Assembly: GCF_008831285.2 (NCBI RefSeq)
Contig: NC_045138.2
Location: forward strand, 22,134,001-22,198,000
Direction: 5' to 3'
Origin: Nymphaea colorata
Taxonomy: Eukaryota
Length of the DNA: 64,000 nt
Program-made: the position numbers and the translations under genes
In this document: positions 1 through 14,944 of the stretch, in pieces
Position numbering within the stretch: the first letter of the stretch is position 1
How the letters are laid out: each line of letters starts with the position of its first letter
The notes under the pieces: model-generated
The model's database searches: none
Told to the model about the DNA's origin: nothing
The model's input: the letters and a program-made list of their open reading frames with translations, nothing else

Positions 1-304
1 TAGAAAGCTGCTGTTCATAACAACATAATTTGTACAATGAATAGTGGGATATTTATACAAGAGAAGAGTGGAAAGGCTAGAGTGAACTAGCCGTTGGACT
101 AGTTCCAACGGCTCATAAAAGAGCTGTTGGGACTAGACAACGGCTAGAACAAAGAACAAATAACGAAAATGATAAACCTAAAAGGCTCTACAAAAGGTGA
201 CCTATTAACAATAATATTAGTACATATATCAGACTCTAGTTATATATGTAACGTACATACATAAATATAGGTAATATAAGCATACATGAACCCTATTTCT
301 TAAT
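1..304 (-). mobile_element. Possible LTR remnant (minus orientation) in an SPP intron, truncated by the window edge
   Basis: TATTTATAC (reverse TATA) near 50, repeated AACGGCT motifs and an AT-rich end (...ccctatttcttaata) resembling a reversed LTR start. No partner LTR or TSD is visible. Confidence 0.3.
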
Positions 305-2129
305 ACTTACCTGTGGCACCTCTCCCATTACCTTGGATTTCATGAATTATTTGCAGCTAGACAAAATGTGGCATGGAACAACTTGTGAGACAGTTTAAGT
401 CACAAATTAAATTTTTAGACTAATGAAAGGACATTTACTTTCTCTTTTTTTAACCAATAAAAATGTTTTTTTTTTCAACTAAAAGCACTTTTCATGAAAA
501 TGACAAATTTATCAAAGGCTTAGGTAATAGTAACACAAAATAGGTGTTCAAACCCCCAGGTCCAAACATGTCTACATGCATTACCATGGGTAACAAAATG
601 GTTATTCATGTAATCATTTGCAGGAAAGAACAAAGTTTAAGAGATGTGTATGAATACCAATTGCAGAAGAATTATTTGACATGAAAATAACAAATTTATC
701 CAAATCTAGAAAGAATATAAAAGGCATTCGAATCTGCATGTTCAAAAGACATGAACATGTGCTGGCTAGGTTATTAAAAATGGAAGGGGAGCCCCATTCA
801 GCTACTTAATTGTGCACATTCTAGAGTGTGGGTCTTCCTTGAAGGGGAAAAAGAGTGCGACGCAAGGTCCTAACATTTCATCCATAGCAGCAGTTTGAGA
901 ATAGTGTCATATCTAAGAAATTTGCAATGATGATGTTCATATGTAGTTAGGGTCTAATTACTATCTCGCATCTTGGACTATAGCCCTTTGAGGTGCTAAA
1001 CTGAAACAGACCATGAGGCATGTTAAAACCTGCCAGATGGGATGCTTATTCAGTTGTTCGTGAAAATCATCATATAAATTGTATGAAAACTCATCCAAAT
1101 CTCGAGCCTAGGCAAAAAAAAAAAATGTGAGGATGCATTTTCATCAGGAGGGGGAGTTTACAACATCTCATGCATTAGAATGGCTTGGAAACAATTTTAT
1201 ATTAAGAAATTTAAAGAACATGGTGCTCAGGTTATAACATCTCGTACATTAGTATGCCTTGGAAGCAACTGTATAATCAGAAATTCAACCAAAATAAAAT
1301 GAAGCCCATTATATGCTTTTCCGAAGAACTACCTTTTTTGTCCTAAATGGCCTTTTCTAAATGTTGAAGTGAAGTACACTACCAAAGGAGCTGAGATATG
1401 CCAAGCCAGGTGCTCAGGTCAATTTTGGGCTGTTGGTACGTTTGAACCTTCCTCTTTGAAGTTTGAAGTTAAGCTGGCCATTGGGCATATCTTGTCACAA
1501 GAGATAACCATGCAAACGTTCAAATCATTAAAAGATTAATAGTCCTCCATGCAGGTCCATTCGATAGTTTGGATATAAGTCCTCAGGATAATAAAATTTC
1601 CGATTATCTTAGGTAATTCCCACTTGCATTATTCAAAGTGAAATGTTTTATCTGGATAAAGTGTCTGCCATTCATCCCAAAATAAGGATTTCAATTTCTT
1701 GTGCTTGTGGGTGTTATAATTTCCCCTCAAATAAAAGGTTAACATGCCTTGAAATAATGCTACATACTCTCTATCCCAAGCATGAAAAAAAGATTTAGTA
1801 CAGAGTCAGTTATCCTGAATAACTATACATTGGAAACCAAATACCCCACTCAGATGCCTAAGTGTGTTAAAATTTTCACCCTAGCTGAAATATTCACCTG
1901 ACTTCCGCTGATGGTTAGATCATTCTTTTACTCAAACACTAAAAGTTTTAGCCTAAAGATAATTTGCCCTACACAAATTTAACATGAAGATAAGTCATTC
2001 ATGAGAACTTATTTATGAATAACTTGTCCCTACTGCCTATAGTCAAAGTGTCAAACATTGAGGTATGCATTGGGAAGCACGTAACCCAGTCTAGAAGTGC
2101 ATATTACATTGAATGAACTGAAAATCAGC

Positions 2130-2860
2130 CACTTCACCTGCAGAGTCCATTTTCTCTACAGTATGGAGAACTGCTAAGGAGACATTTTGTGATTAGAGCT
2201 GGAAAAGGATGAGTTAAAGGCCTTGTCAATATGGAAGCTGAGTGGTATTCTCTGTGATGGCCCACAGGTGAGGTTCAATGAAACTCACAATGTTTTGTAG
2301 GTTGTGCTCTGTAAGAAAGGCAATGGTTACATCGTGATGGGACTGTGATGGATGGGGGATAGGGTTACCTATAAATTCTGTAACACTGAGGCTTGTACTG
2401 TTGTACAGGAGGAGATGAGGCAGAAATGCAGATTCTTAATGGCTGGTTCTAAAAGAAATGCTTGAAGGGAGGAGACAGATAGACCAGAGATGGATGCATT
2501 CCAGAAACCTCTGCCACTGGGTCAAGGTCCTCTACGACCTGCACACGCTTGAAGTGGGAGAATATCTGCATAGATATGGGGAAGGAGATGGATGCGATGA
2601 TGGTGGCTAGGGAGCTCTTCCAGGTTCCAGCTATGGAGCTGTGCTTTGAGATTCTGTTTTTTAGAAAAAGCTTATCCTTTTGATGTGAGTCTCTTGGTCT
2701 AATTTTTGGGGCAGCTGGGTTATGCCCGCCAGCTAGATTTTTGGTTTTTTTTCTGCTCCGCTGGTTGATGCTCAGCATTTTGTACATCTTTTATCTCTAT
2801 ATATAATCTTGTCCTTTGAAATAAAACGAAGGGAGCCTATCTCCCAGCAGTTATTTATGG
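2130..2860 (+). mobile_element. Possible degenerate LINE 3' end in an SPP intron
   Basis: Composition shifts to G-rich, then a T-rich stretch ending in AATAAA...GGGAGCCTATCTCCC, reminiscent of plant LINE tails. No intact protein motif. Confidence 0.25.
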
Positions 2861-3159
2861 GCACTTCTACGACATGGATAATTAACAAATAACATCTTTG
2901 AGAACTTACAGCATGCACACATACGTATAAACACCTATATACAGAAAATGTATCCCACTAAATGTGATTTGAAAAGAATCTTGCCACCTTTGTCTGTTAA
3001 TGGTTCCCATTTATGTTTTCCTTTTCGATAACCTTGCTCTAATCATTGAGAACCAAAAACAACCATGGTGGTATGGAAGAGCTAATTCAAAAATCATGCT
3101 GGAGATTATTCAAAAGAAGAAGTTAAAAGGAAGTTGACAAAAAGCCCACAACAATACAC

Positions 3160-6100
3160 CTTGTATCTTGTGTTAATCCGAAAGTGCAAAGCCGAAAGGA
3201 AAATTCTTTTCATCAGAACATTTCGCAGGTCTCCATAAGTACGAACTTTATTCACAGGAATCTGCAGCAAAATTCACAAGAGAAGAATTTCATAACTACA
3301 CATTTCACAACTGAAGCAACCTTGAACATAAAAAGCAAAATACTTCAAACAGCACAGACCATGAAAAAGAGCACAAGTTACCTTACAGAATATATTAATC
3401 GAGAAATTTTGAAGCAACTCATGTTGGAATATCTGTGGAGGCTGGACACTTTGGCAACTTCCAGGAAGTGACCAATTATGCTCAACAGGAGGCCGAGTGA
3501 CATGTCTTGCCCTTCTTTCATGTTTAGCTTGGTCAAGAGAGGGAGATGGCCTTTCATTAGATAAACTGCCAACCAGACCACCAGGAAGTTTAGGGACAAG
3601 AAAACTAGCCATTGCACCAAAAGCGCTCGGAGCAGGTGGAGCAGGTGATTCATTTTCTGCTGTTGTTCGACCAAATACAGCCTTCATGATATTGGAGCAT
3701 TTTCATTAACGAAACTTTGAAAATAGGAACAATAGAGACCAGATAAATATAAATACTGAAAAATATACAGACCAGTTGAGAAGAAGATGACTTCAAGAAC
3801 ATTAAACACTAACAAGAGAGGAGACGGGAGGATGGATACACGTACTTCAATTTGATATATTGTCTTTGATACACTATCAATATCCCCCACTATATACAAA
3901 GTCGCATTTGCAGGAAAGTACCAGCGTTCATGAAATGACCTGATCTTTTCTACATCCCACTTTTTGATCTGCTCCTCCAACCCAATAGGGAACCTTTTAC
4001 TAAGTTTGTTCTCTGAATGCAAGTGCTGCAATAGCTGGTCGGAAGCATGTACCATTAATTGATGTTAAACAAAGAGGAAAGATGATCAGGCAGCACAAAA
4101 GCAACCTCAGGAGAAAACTACCTGGCAATCAACACGATATTCGATCGTGTTCATCATTTGTAATTCAGATAAAATAGCCCGTCTTTCTTTTTCCACTCGG
4201 GATGAAAGAAACTTTGGGTGGAAAGCTATCTGAAACCCAAAATATACACATATGAATAAACAAACAAACACGAAAGCCAACTGAAACCAAAAAATAGATA
4301 TATCACATTCACATATATGCAGCACAAAACATAAAACATAAGTCCTTGCCGAAAGTGTTTTACTAGCTTAATATGCAAATAGCTCTTTCAACAATAAGCA
4401 ACAGGCAGCAAAGGTGAGTATCCAAATCCATGCAATATGTCTCCTACTCCACCCATGAATGTCATACGGAAGTTTCTAGTAGTCTCCTATTCCACCTATG
4501 AATGTCATACGGAAGTTGCTAGTAGCCTCCTATTCCACCTACGAATGTCATATGGAAGTTGCTAGTAGTCACTGTACTTGCTGACACTAACAGGCATGTG
4601 ACTTACTAACAATATTCAAATAGTTCATGGCTTAGTTGGTAATATGTCAGTAAATTCAGGAAAAAAAAATATGGACCCCTTTGAGTGTAGTATGTGAACC
4701 TTAGTCACAAGTATCATTTTCACCTCTTGGCAACTTCCACATTGTTTCTCCAAGAGTCTTCCCCAGAAAATATCAAGAAATTCTCAGAACTTTTGAAACT
4801 TAGAAAATATAAAGAATCAAAGAGAAAGTTAAAAATGATAGGTTTTTCTTTTTCTAATAACGTTCTTGTAAAAAATATAAAAAAGCAAGTAGTGAAGTAG
4901 AAAAGCCTTTTGAAAACATAAAAGAAAAAAAATCAAAAATTCACATGCTTAAATATATAAGAAGCACTTTTATTGAAGACTTAGAAAATTCTTGGTTATA
5001 TCATAGGATAATACTGCAGCATTTTCACTGTTACTGATATTTTTGGGAAATTTTGTCGATATTGTCCACTAGCTTCAAAATGGCAACAATATCAGCCATT
5101 TCAGAAATATCTGGGACTAGACGGTGAACTATGGCACTGCTTGCATGCTTAGAAACTCAGATCCATGGATCTGAACAAGGATCTTAAAAGCTTGTTTAGA
5201 AAGACACATAAATTGTAACAGGAACTCATGATCCACAGATCTAAAGACAGAATATCATCCTTCTTCTTACCAGAGATGTGAACAAAGGCAATCTTAAATC
5301 TACAGTTTTGATAGTATCATGGACTTGAGGTGGGCCTTATAACGGATCCGACGCATGGATCTCAAATCCAGGGTAGTTGGTTGTCCCATATACGAATCTA
5401 TTAATTGAGGTGCCCTGAACGGTTAAAATTGTTTGTGATATCTCCAGTATTCCAACCATAATAACCAGTAACTTTTTAGGAAGGTTTTCCTTGCATATTT
5501 TCAAAATTTTGCTTACCCAAGGAAAATTCACAAATTTAAATTATTAAAACATAGAGAGTAATAGGAAAAATTTATGCTGTTTTTCTCACAAAAAGCATTA
5601 GTGCAGACAAGAGATTTTAAAATCATAAAAGGGTAAATGTTATCATAATATCATAATCACATCACATTACTTATTTCAAGCAATATCCTGAAAACATTGT
5701 GGTATTTTTCCAATATTTTCAGCTCAACTCAAAATGGCAAAATTGTCGCATATTTTCAACATATCAGCAATATTCGTCATTATGGTTTCTACCTATAACA
5801 AAGTCCTGTGAAGTGATCTGAACCACTTATGTTTGCTATGCTAACATTTTGGTGCTAAAAGGCACAAAATAAATTAATAAATAAAAGCAATGTATCTTCA
5901 TGATGAGTATGAGATCAATCCAACTTCCTTAAATTTATTTCCTCCCATAAAAGAATAATATCTAATACTTAATAAAGCACATACCTCATTCAGAGCATCA
6001 AGTACAAAGGGAAGCAGATCCCCCTCTGAGTCCTAGAGTACAAAACAAAACACAGTCAGGAGATGAATATGTGCATTAACAATTTCAATTTAACAGAATC

Positions 6101-9100
6101 CATGACAGTAAGTCAAAGAAAAGATCAGAGCAAAACATGCAACCAAGAAAAGAATGTATACTAGTAAACACATGACCATGCTGCCTATTTCCTTGTAAAA
6201 ACTCATAAAGAAATATATCAACAGGAAAGCCCAAGTCATTAAGAGAAGATAATGAGCTTGACTACATGAGCATAAGCTGAGATCAGAGTACCAGAAGCTA
6301 TATAGTACCAGTGGAATGGAACGGAACCAAGCTTTCCCAAAGCTCCCAAAGCTAGACATACCCCTCTAGTTATAAGACCACTTAATCTTGTAACTAAACT
6401 AAAAAAAAAGTGAGTGTATCAGCAACTTCAAGTAAAGACAATGAGATTATTCTGGTTGATACATTGCAAATGGAGAAAAGGAAAACAGAACATTTCAGAT
6501 CACAACTCAAGGTCCATAGCAACAATTCCTGTGTTACCAGAACCTAAAATGTAGGTTGCATGGTTTAAATCTCTTTATAGGAGACATTTTTCAATCAAAC
6601 AGAGAACCCAGTGGATTATGTGTCACAATGAAAGCCTAAAGTTATAGAGCACGAGATGACCACTTCACCTTCATATGGCTCCTTATTTCTTCAAAATTTA
6701 GCATGCATGGATATGCAAAACCATCTGTCATGCTTGGAACCAACAGAAAAATATAATTACCAATAAAAAATTCATTATGTATTTATTATTTTACTTTTTT
6801 CCCCTCAAAAATACCTTTAAGAAGACCACTTGTAATATTGTTATTGTTTCAGGAATGGCTTATCAAGCAAGATAGACAATATAAGCCCAACACCAACTCA
6901 GCCATTCTTTTTCTTTCACTTGGTCTAAGCAAAATGGAGTCCTCTGGTGTATAAAAATAAAAATTCCAATGGCTTTCTTTACCTACTATAGACTTCCCAA
7001 CAGAACATCAGCAGTCCTCTATGAAAAATCTTAAATTTACCTTCTTCATTTGTGCGTCTAAGCCTATTCTTGCCCAATCTAATGTTCGTTTATTTTCTCC
7101 ATGTAAGAAGATACAATATGTCCAGATATAATGGAAACCAATCTCATCAGTTACTTCAATTCATTTAATGAGAATGATCTAATATGTGGACACAAAGGGC
7201 AATAGTCAAATGGATAACCATATGAATGATCCATGTTTATCCATCTTACTGACTTGGTGTGAACTGTGAACTCAAGCAAGTAAATTACCACAAACTCCAA
7301 ATTAAGTATCAGTAGTACAAGAAAAAACCGTGTCATGGGCCAACTTTTCAGTCCATGCAGTGCTGAGGGTAGACACAAGCCTCAGCCAGCCAGTACTCTT
7401 CTAAGCATAGTAGAAAATGTTCTCTTGGCGAACTAGAAGAGTGCTCCTTAGCACTTGGTAACCCACCAGCAAGGACCTTTCTCCTCATCGACTACTTAAT
7501 ATAAAATGGCTACAAGACTGGGTTAGAATAGACAGTTTCCTTGAATGCCATTGCATTGAACAGTCTCCCATGAGAAAAAGCTTGTAGCTAAAACTATTTC
7601 TAAACAAGGTGCCAACCATCACCTTACTCGATTTCAAGTTTTTCTTTTGCTCATTCCCACACCATTATGTGCAGTTGTTGCAGAAACCTGCAGATCTGCT
7701 GGAGGAATTAGTTCTAACTCATGTCACACAATGCAAACTTAATGCTATATGTAGGAATTAGCATGCCAACAAGATCATACTTTGGGAAGAGTCCACTACT
7801 TTTGCCTAATCTTTACATTGCCTCTACACCAATAGTGTGCATGTTCTAAATGCAAAATTTTTCTTTTGGCTTAGTTCTGATTGGTCCCATAAACTTTTTG
7901 AAATAACTTAGTACAAATGCCCATGCCATTTGCTTGGCCAGGACAGACAAAGTCAGACCACAACATTGTCCAGCTGCTAAATCACTGATGTCTTTGTCAA
8001 CTTGATGTGATGTAGATCCACCAGTCTTCCCACTTGGTCCTTCATACCAGTTTTTGAAGCATTGTTAGCCCATTCTCATCTTACAGCTGTTCTTCTTGCT
8101 GCATTTTGCTTAAAGGGTTTTCCAGGCCTCTAGCTTTCTATGTAACGAGTCTTTGCTGAAGAACAAAAAATATGCTAATTCCGTTGATGTCATGATGCCT
8201 TTGGCTAGCTACCCTCTAAATTCTTGGTTTGGTTCTTCCACACCTCAAAAACCCGTTTTCCTTATTCATAGTTTTGCTCAGTTAAATCCAGTACAAATTC
8301 AAGGGTCATTAAGATACAAAAATCAATCAAAGGGACCTATCCAATGTACTTCAACCATGTCATTCTTACGAGTTATAACATGCTTTGCATTCAAATCAGG
8401 CCTCATGGAGAATCCTTTTCCATGTGGAGTATCTCGTGGTGTATTTGACCCCGCTGAGCAGCTTTACTATAGTTTTGCCAACTGCCATTTCTGCTCATGC
8501 CTAAGTACTACTGTCCAAGATGTCGAACCTATCACTAAACATCAACAATACAAAAACAACTTTAGTCATTCTTCTAGCTGCCCAGATGCCATACTTCAAA
8601 ATGTGTGAGCATTCTCTTAACAAGAGCATCACTCTGGATTGATTGGTCATCTGAACAATGAAAAAATGCCAGCAACATTCCTACGTTGATGCATCTGCTC
8701 TATGGAATGCTAGTCCAAGATTCTCTACATTAGTTTAAGTTTAACCCAATACATTATGAAGAAAACCAAAGCACAACGAAGAGAGAGAAAGAGACAGAGA
8801 TGGAGAGAGAGAAGTAAAATCTGCCATCCTCTCTTTCTTCTTCTTATTCAAACTTTCAGTGATTGCTAAATACTGTTTCCCACAGGCTTCACCACATAAG
8901 GCCATTACTAGAGTCCAGAATATAGCACAGGATCCACATCTAGAAAGTATAGAAGCTTTCTAGTCCTCAAACATTTTGACACCTTTCCAACAATGAAACT
9001 GTGTCAAGAACTTATGCTAATTTTTCATCTTAAATAAAGTTTGTTTTCTGCTTTATTTAGAGAGAATAAAGAAAACATAAAAAGTTGAGAAAGCTAGCAT

Positions 9101-12100
9101 TTGGTCCTGAAATTTGTCGGGCTGAGAACCAGCCCCACAAACATTTAAATCAGTGTTGTACGTATCGTACGATACAGGGCCGTATCATACGATACGTACC
9201 GTCTCTTTTTAAATTTACAATACAATACACCACATGTATCGCAAATAGCTGGTATATCGTATGTATATCGCATGTATCATGCGTACACAGCCTGTATCGT
9301 ATGATACAGGGTGATACACCCCGTATCACACGATGCATGTCTATTTTGAAAAATATGTGATTAAAACCACCCTTTTCAAACTAATTTTTAAAACTTGCCT
9401 CCCTCTTCATTTCTGAACATATCTAAAAGTTGAAGAAGGGTGAGATTGTGGCAATATTCAAATGGAGTAATCAGTTTCACCATGAAATTGTCAATTTGAG
9501 GGCAGATTGATGCATGGATGATTGATACTTGCTTAGATAAAGAGGGTTCCGGTTTATATCTTCTACGAAAGATGAAAATGAGAATGAGATGATAAAGGTT
9601 ACAAATGAACTTGTTTTCATTTGTTATTTGCATTAACATTGAACAATTTTGTCTTGTGATGTGATGTATAGTGTACGTAAAACTTGGTTTTTGATGTGTT
9701 ATGGATCTTATGACTTACTTATGAGTTATTATGTAGATCATCTTATAAATTATGTTTCTTGATGTCTTAGCTCGTGTTGTGTTGCTATATGATATTATGA
9801 CCATTTATTAATGTTTGTGAAGTAACTTCATACCTATTTTCTTGATTTATCTGATGATTTTTCTATATTTTTCTCTATTTTTTACTATTTTTTGAATTAA
9901 AAATGCGATACACATACGATACTTTACGATACGGTGTATCTATTGGCCTGAATGATACAGCTTTTGATACGATTTTACAACATTGATTTAAATACTTGAC
10001 AAAAACTCCGAAGTACTATAAACTGTTACAAAAAGAAATAGTTGAACGTTGAACCAAATCATATGGCAAAAGGCAAATAAATCAAATAACACAGATATAA
10101 TATTCTAGAATATATTAAAATTTTCCAAACCTTTGTAGAAGTAGGTGAATGAATATGGAAAACTGTGTGGTGGAAATCTGTATAAGCATTGGAGCGTGCT
10201 CCAGTACCGAGGAGTTTCTCACGTTTCTTGCTTCCAAGAAATGCAACATGTTCAATCATATGCGCAATTCCTTGTTCATCTTCTTCCTCATCAATTGATC
10301 CTACATGAACTTCCATGTGGGCCTCAAATCTATGGAGGAGGAAAAACACACACACACACACGTAAAAGGTCAGCAAGTATTGTATGCATCAGAACAGTTA
10401 TGACTAAGCATAGGTACAGAACATTCAACGGAAAAAGGAAAATAGAAAAAGGTCTCAACAGAATTTCCAAAGGCAACTGAATTATTCACTTAAAAGTTTA
10501 AAGCAACTGATGCCATCAGAGCATGCCTATTCTTCCACGAATCACCATAAAGCATTTACTGTTGATTTTTAATTGTTCATAAATGAGATAGTTTAGTATT
10601 ACCTAATATATGAAAGAGTAGAAAATGGCCCAAATTAATACATAAATAGAATATCTCAATTAAGTATTCCTAAACACCAGATTCAACCTAAGGAGATGCA
10701 GCATAGGCAGAATAAAGCAACCCTACATTCTCTTGCCTTAAAAAAGGAAGAACCACTTCTGTCGCCAGCAAGGTCCTGGTAAAACCCAAACCCATAATGT
10801 TGATACCTAATTTGGAGAGCCAATCCTAGATCCGCTTTTACACTGCACAGAACAGCTAATATGATTCTATGAATCCAGTCACATATGTAGTCATCTGATC
10901 GAACAGTCAGAGCATCATTCAGACATTTGATATCCCGTCTCTGGCCAGAACCCACACATCTTCATCTCCATGTGAAAGGCTATAGACCATGTATATTAAC
11001 AAGCTAGGGCCCATCTATATTTAAATCAGGCCACCCATTGTCACAAATATCGTTCTGGGGTTTTTATCGGTGAGACTTTTCTCAGGTTTTTAACGGCAAA
11101 GATGTATGTTTCGGAAAAATATTGGGAAAAACTCAGAAAATTTTAAAAAATAAAAAATAGGTATGAATGAAATAAATGAAAAACTAATAGGAAAACATAA
11201 ATGAAACTATATAACAGTGATAAAAGGATGTTTTAATGATAACAAAAATGATGAAAATAATTTAGTTTAAGTTTATATTTAAATCCATAATATCAATGAT
11301 AAAAAATAGAAAAATGAAAAAATTGCAAAAAATCGCAAAAAAAATGCGATAAATATTTTTTCTCATTTTTCCAAAATATTGTGATTTTTTCCTTTTTTCG
11401 TTTTTCTTATTTTTGGTGTTAATTTTCAAAAATACCATGATATCTGTGACACTGGGTCGGTGGGCCCACCAAGGTCTAGAAAGATCCAATAGGTCTAACC
11501 CATTTATTATTGCAAAACCCACCTGAACAAACAATCTTTTACCAACATCTATTAGAGTGCATGTGCATTTATATAGAGAAAAGGGGGAAAAGGCCCAAAA
11601 GAAACTAGACCAACACGTGTGAGGGTGAGTGAGTTGACATGGTACAAGTACTTTCATGCACATAGAAACCAATATAGAGCAGAGAGAGCAAAAGAGGAAA
11701 GGAGGGACAGCTCTGCTACAGTAATGATGATGAAAATGATAATGTTAGTTTGAAATATTATTAGAAGCTTTGGCAATATAAAACGAACTTCAGTAATTCA
11801 CCATCTAAAGCTAGTATATGAGAATATGAGTATATACCTGTTTGCAGGAACTTTGTTAGGTAGAATAAGATACCGTAGTCCATTTTTCAACTGTCCACGA
11901 TATAGTTTGGGATGACAAGGAAGCTGCGAATTTAAAAAGCCTTCCAACTCTGCAGAACTCATTTGAGGTTCCCAGTAACCCAGGCCCTGCTTCTCCAAGA
12001 CAGCATCCTCAGCCCAGGACGTGGACGCCACATGTGGCTCATCTGGACCAACTGCCCCACATTGAACACCAGATGATTTCACCTACAAATAATTCTTTTG

Positions 12101-12864
12101 TGAGAATCTATGAATAATCATGTTTCATAATTTCATTCTGCTTCACACAAAGATAATCAACCTTGAACTAAACAAATCATAATGAAACCAGAAGTAAAGA
12201 TGAGCAACAATATTATGTGCACACATGGACATCCAAAGTAATAGCTACAGGACCATTGGAAGGGTTAAGCCTTTGACAAGATATATTTTACAAAAGGATA
12301 TGCCGATTATGAAAATATAGCCCCTCCTGCTAAAATGGCTAGTCTTAGGACTTCCATTTTCTCTACCTTCACCAATAAGTTACCCATTTTCCGATCTAAT
12401 ATCACAAAAGTCCTTTTACCTTCAACGAGAAAATGTATATGGGATCCTCCACTTAGGTACAAAGCTGATAGCCGGATAGCTTTCAGCTTAAAGTTACTTA
12501 TATTTTAAACAATATCCCCAGAGTTAGTTCAATAGGTTTAGTAAGGTCATGGTTGATATAGGTCTTAACATGCAAATGGTGTTACAGGTAAAATTCTTTA
12601 AGTTTATACAAGATGATGTTGTGATTTTCTTTCTCTATTCTCATAACATAATCATCACAGAAATAAGAAAAAGGAAACTGAAATCACTGAACTGATCTTC
12701 AGAAAATATTATGGAGTACTTGCACAAATACACCGAAAAGGACTGTTATATACATATTACGAAGCTGATAAATCCCTGCAAACATGCATTCATAAGTACA
12801 CACACACACACACATATATACATACATACATACATACATACATACATACATACACATACATACA

Positions 12865-12897
<33 letters not shown>

Positions 12898-14944
12898 GGA
12901 GAGAGAGAGATACGCCATCTGGTTACACATGCAGCCTGATATTACATCAGGCTACGTGTGAGAGAGGCCAGATGGCTGGAGGGAAGGAGAATTTCAGTTC
13001 CTATATATATATATATAACAACCTAGTAACTTTGAGGTAGATTTGTTCAAGGAATTTAAGCTGCTCAAGGACTGTAAGCAGTTGACATACCGGCTTGGGA
13101 CGAGCAGACAACTTTCCAAGTGGAAATGATGATTTGTTACTTAATCTTACTCCCTCTAACAAAGTTCTTCTCGACAGCTTTTCTTTAGCATATGGCCAAT
13201 GTGGTCTCCGACCCCGAAAGCAAGTGATGTGGTTGTGCTTCTCCAATAAACATGCAACCTTAGGCTGATCAACAATGTGACTGTATTGCCTCCATGAGCC
13301 ACATCTTTTAGTGGCATGAAAACCACCAACTTTTGTCAACCACCTTCATCCACAACATCATGTCAAGGTTAATCTGTCTTCTATTCCTCTGATTTTCAGC
13401 TTGAGAAGAAAGAAACTGATTACAAAATGATGTCCAAATAGAAAATGACATTTAAACAACAGTAAAGCATCTTTTGGGTCGAACAAAGGCAGGAAGGAAA
13501 GGAAGAAAAGAAAAAGTAACAGAGATATGAAAATATCCTGATTCGCCTATTCAGCCTTAGTAGATTACTAATTGTGACTTTCTGCAAGATTATACCAGCA
13601 ATCTCATATCTGGCCCTCATTATACTCCACTCTTAGCTAAATTTGTAGAATGCACAAAATAGATGTGTTATACAAACAAGTAACTGCCACTAACCTTTTC
13701 AAGAGACAGCAAAGAAAGTTTCATAACCTATGTTTGGAGATTCAAGAAACTTTGGCTGCTTATGTAGATTCTCATATGAAACATAAACAATGATTATGCC
13801 CAGCCCTGCTTCTACCCACCATGTATCAGACCTCAAAAAACTTTACCACATAGAGTTACTCATTCCAGAAAAATATAAATTGGAAGCATATTAAACGTGC
13901 TAATCACCTGATTATCATCACACAACGAAACTCATAGGAATATGGGTGCGGGTACAGTTGTTAAAACTAATCTTAAAATTAGAAAAACCATGATCAGTCG
14001 TGAGGATGTAATAGATGACGATTTTGTTGATTGGTGGGCGACGTGGTTGAGCAGCTTCACGTTTTTGTTAAAGCTGAACTTTAAAGCGTAACAAAGTTTC
14101 TCCTCAAAGTTCAGCTTGCAGAAGACGTATCCACTGGTACCCAAGGGGCGGAAAAATTGTAAATTACTTCCTAGAGTTACCAGTTAAAAATCTATGGAAC
14201 GAGACATATGTTATAGGCGGACGTAGTGACATACGTTACAGGTCGACGTCATGAAACAGGTTGGAAAACCCGTTGTTTATATTCCACGGACGACATCGAC
14301 CGAGGTAATCCTTCAGGAGAGCTTTCGAAAAAAAGCAAAAACTCTTTGCACAATGAATTGAGTCTTGAAGAAAACAGCTAAAAACTCTCAAACAGAAAAA
14401 CAAGTCCAATTATAACGACTTAAAGGGCGATACATATGTAGCTGATGTACAGTACAGAATATTAATAGTACCGTCTGATTGTTTCAGAAAATGATAACTA
14501 CGTTCAATTTTCGAGCCACATAGTGGTTTCGAATAAGTGGGATAAATTCTGGAAACTAAGGATTCAAACTTTAGCTCTTGAATGAAGCAATTCTAATTGA
14601 AATTAATAAAATCCAATCATGCCAATGCCCATCCATGAATCAAAGCGTTATAAGAGAAAAAAAAAAGACAGAATACAAGAACCCCGAAACTTGCGACAAA
14701 GGAAAATGAGAAAACCCTGGGAACAGCAGTTATGGTCAAGTAGGAAGCATGGAGAGGAAGAGAAGGGTTCCCACCTCCCACCACCGGCCGCGCGAGCTTT
14801 CAGAAGGGCGCTGCAGCTAGCGGGAGGGTGGAGGGTCAGGCGGCTATTGGCGCGACAGCTCCCAGAAGGAGCCTCGTCGAGAAGCCTGGGGCTTGGGGAG
14901 GAGGAGAGTGACGCAGCAGCCATGGAAAGGGCCGCCGAAGCCAT
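3160..14944 (-). CDS. SPP: Stromal processing peptidase, chloroplastic (M16 zinc peptidase), 5' part; the gene continues beyond position 1
   Basis: Phase-consistent GT-AG exons in transcript order: 14775-14944, 13091-13343, 11838-12082, 10131-10329, 5985-6032, 4122-4229, 3846-4034, 3382-3681, 3160-3261. Ser/Ala-rich transit peptide (MASAALSMAAASLSSS), then GPDEPH, GQLKNGLRYLILPNKVPANRFEAHMEVHVGSIDEEEDEQGIAHMIEH (HXXEH), FHERWYFPANATLYIVGD and IPVNKVRTYGDLRNVLMKRIFLSALHFRINTRYK. No further exon was recognised in 1-3159. Confidence 0.95.
4441..4569. repeat. 43-bp minisatellite, 3 copies, in an SPP intron
   Basis: Unit CTCCTAyTCCACCyAyGAATGTCATAyGGAAGTTkCTAGTAGy at 4441, 4484 and 4527. Confidence 0.9.
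7400..8700 (-). mobile_element. Possible highly degenerate LINE ORF2 fragment in an SPP intron
   Basis: The minus strand gives an FLYLNDP-like remnant of the LINE 'YLGxPL' motif near 8310, with coding-like composition and many stops. Boundaries are approximate. Confidence 0.3.
9151..9985. mobile_element. hAT-type non-autonomous element (MITE) in an SPP intron
   Basis: TIRs CAGTGTTGTA / TACAACATTG, perfect 8-bp TSD ATTTAAAT (9143-9150 and 9986-9993), and subterminal CGATAC/GTATCG motifs. Confidence 0.9.
11036..11454. mobile_element. hAT-like MITE in an SPP intron
   Basis: TIR-like ends CATTGTCACAAATATC / GATATCTGTGACACTG around an AT-rich interior. No TSD recovered. Confidence 0.55.
12798..12910. 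repeat. Compound microsatellite (CA)n/(CATA)n/(TA)n/(GA)n
   Basis: Directly visible. Confidence 0.9.

Noticed and set aside
4441..4569. CRISPR-like array (also considered for 25680-26100 and 61281-61559)
   Set aside because: Head-to-tail repeats without unique spacers, in a eukaryotic context with no cas genes.
12711..13040. ORFs with YIYI/HTHT runs (also 26572, 27812, 60772)
   Set aside because: Translations of microsatellites.
13344..13380. U12-type intron in SPP (CCTTGAC branch-like motif, weak AAG acceptor)
   Set aside because: The donor is GTGGGA rather than the U12 consensus GTATCCTT.
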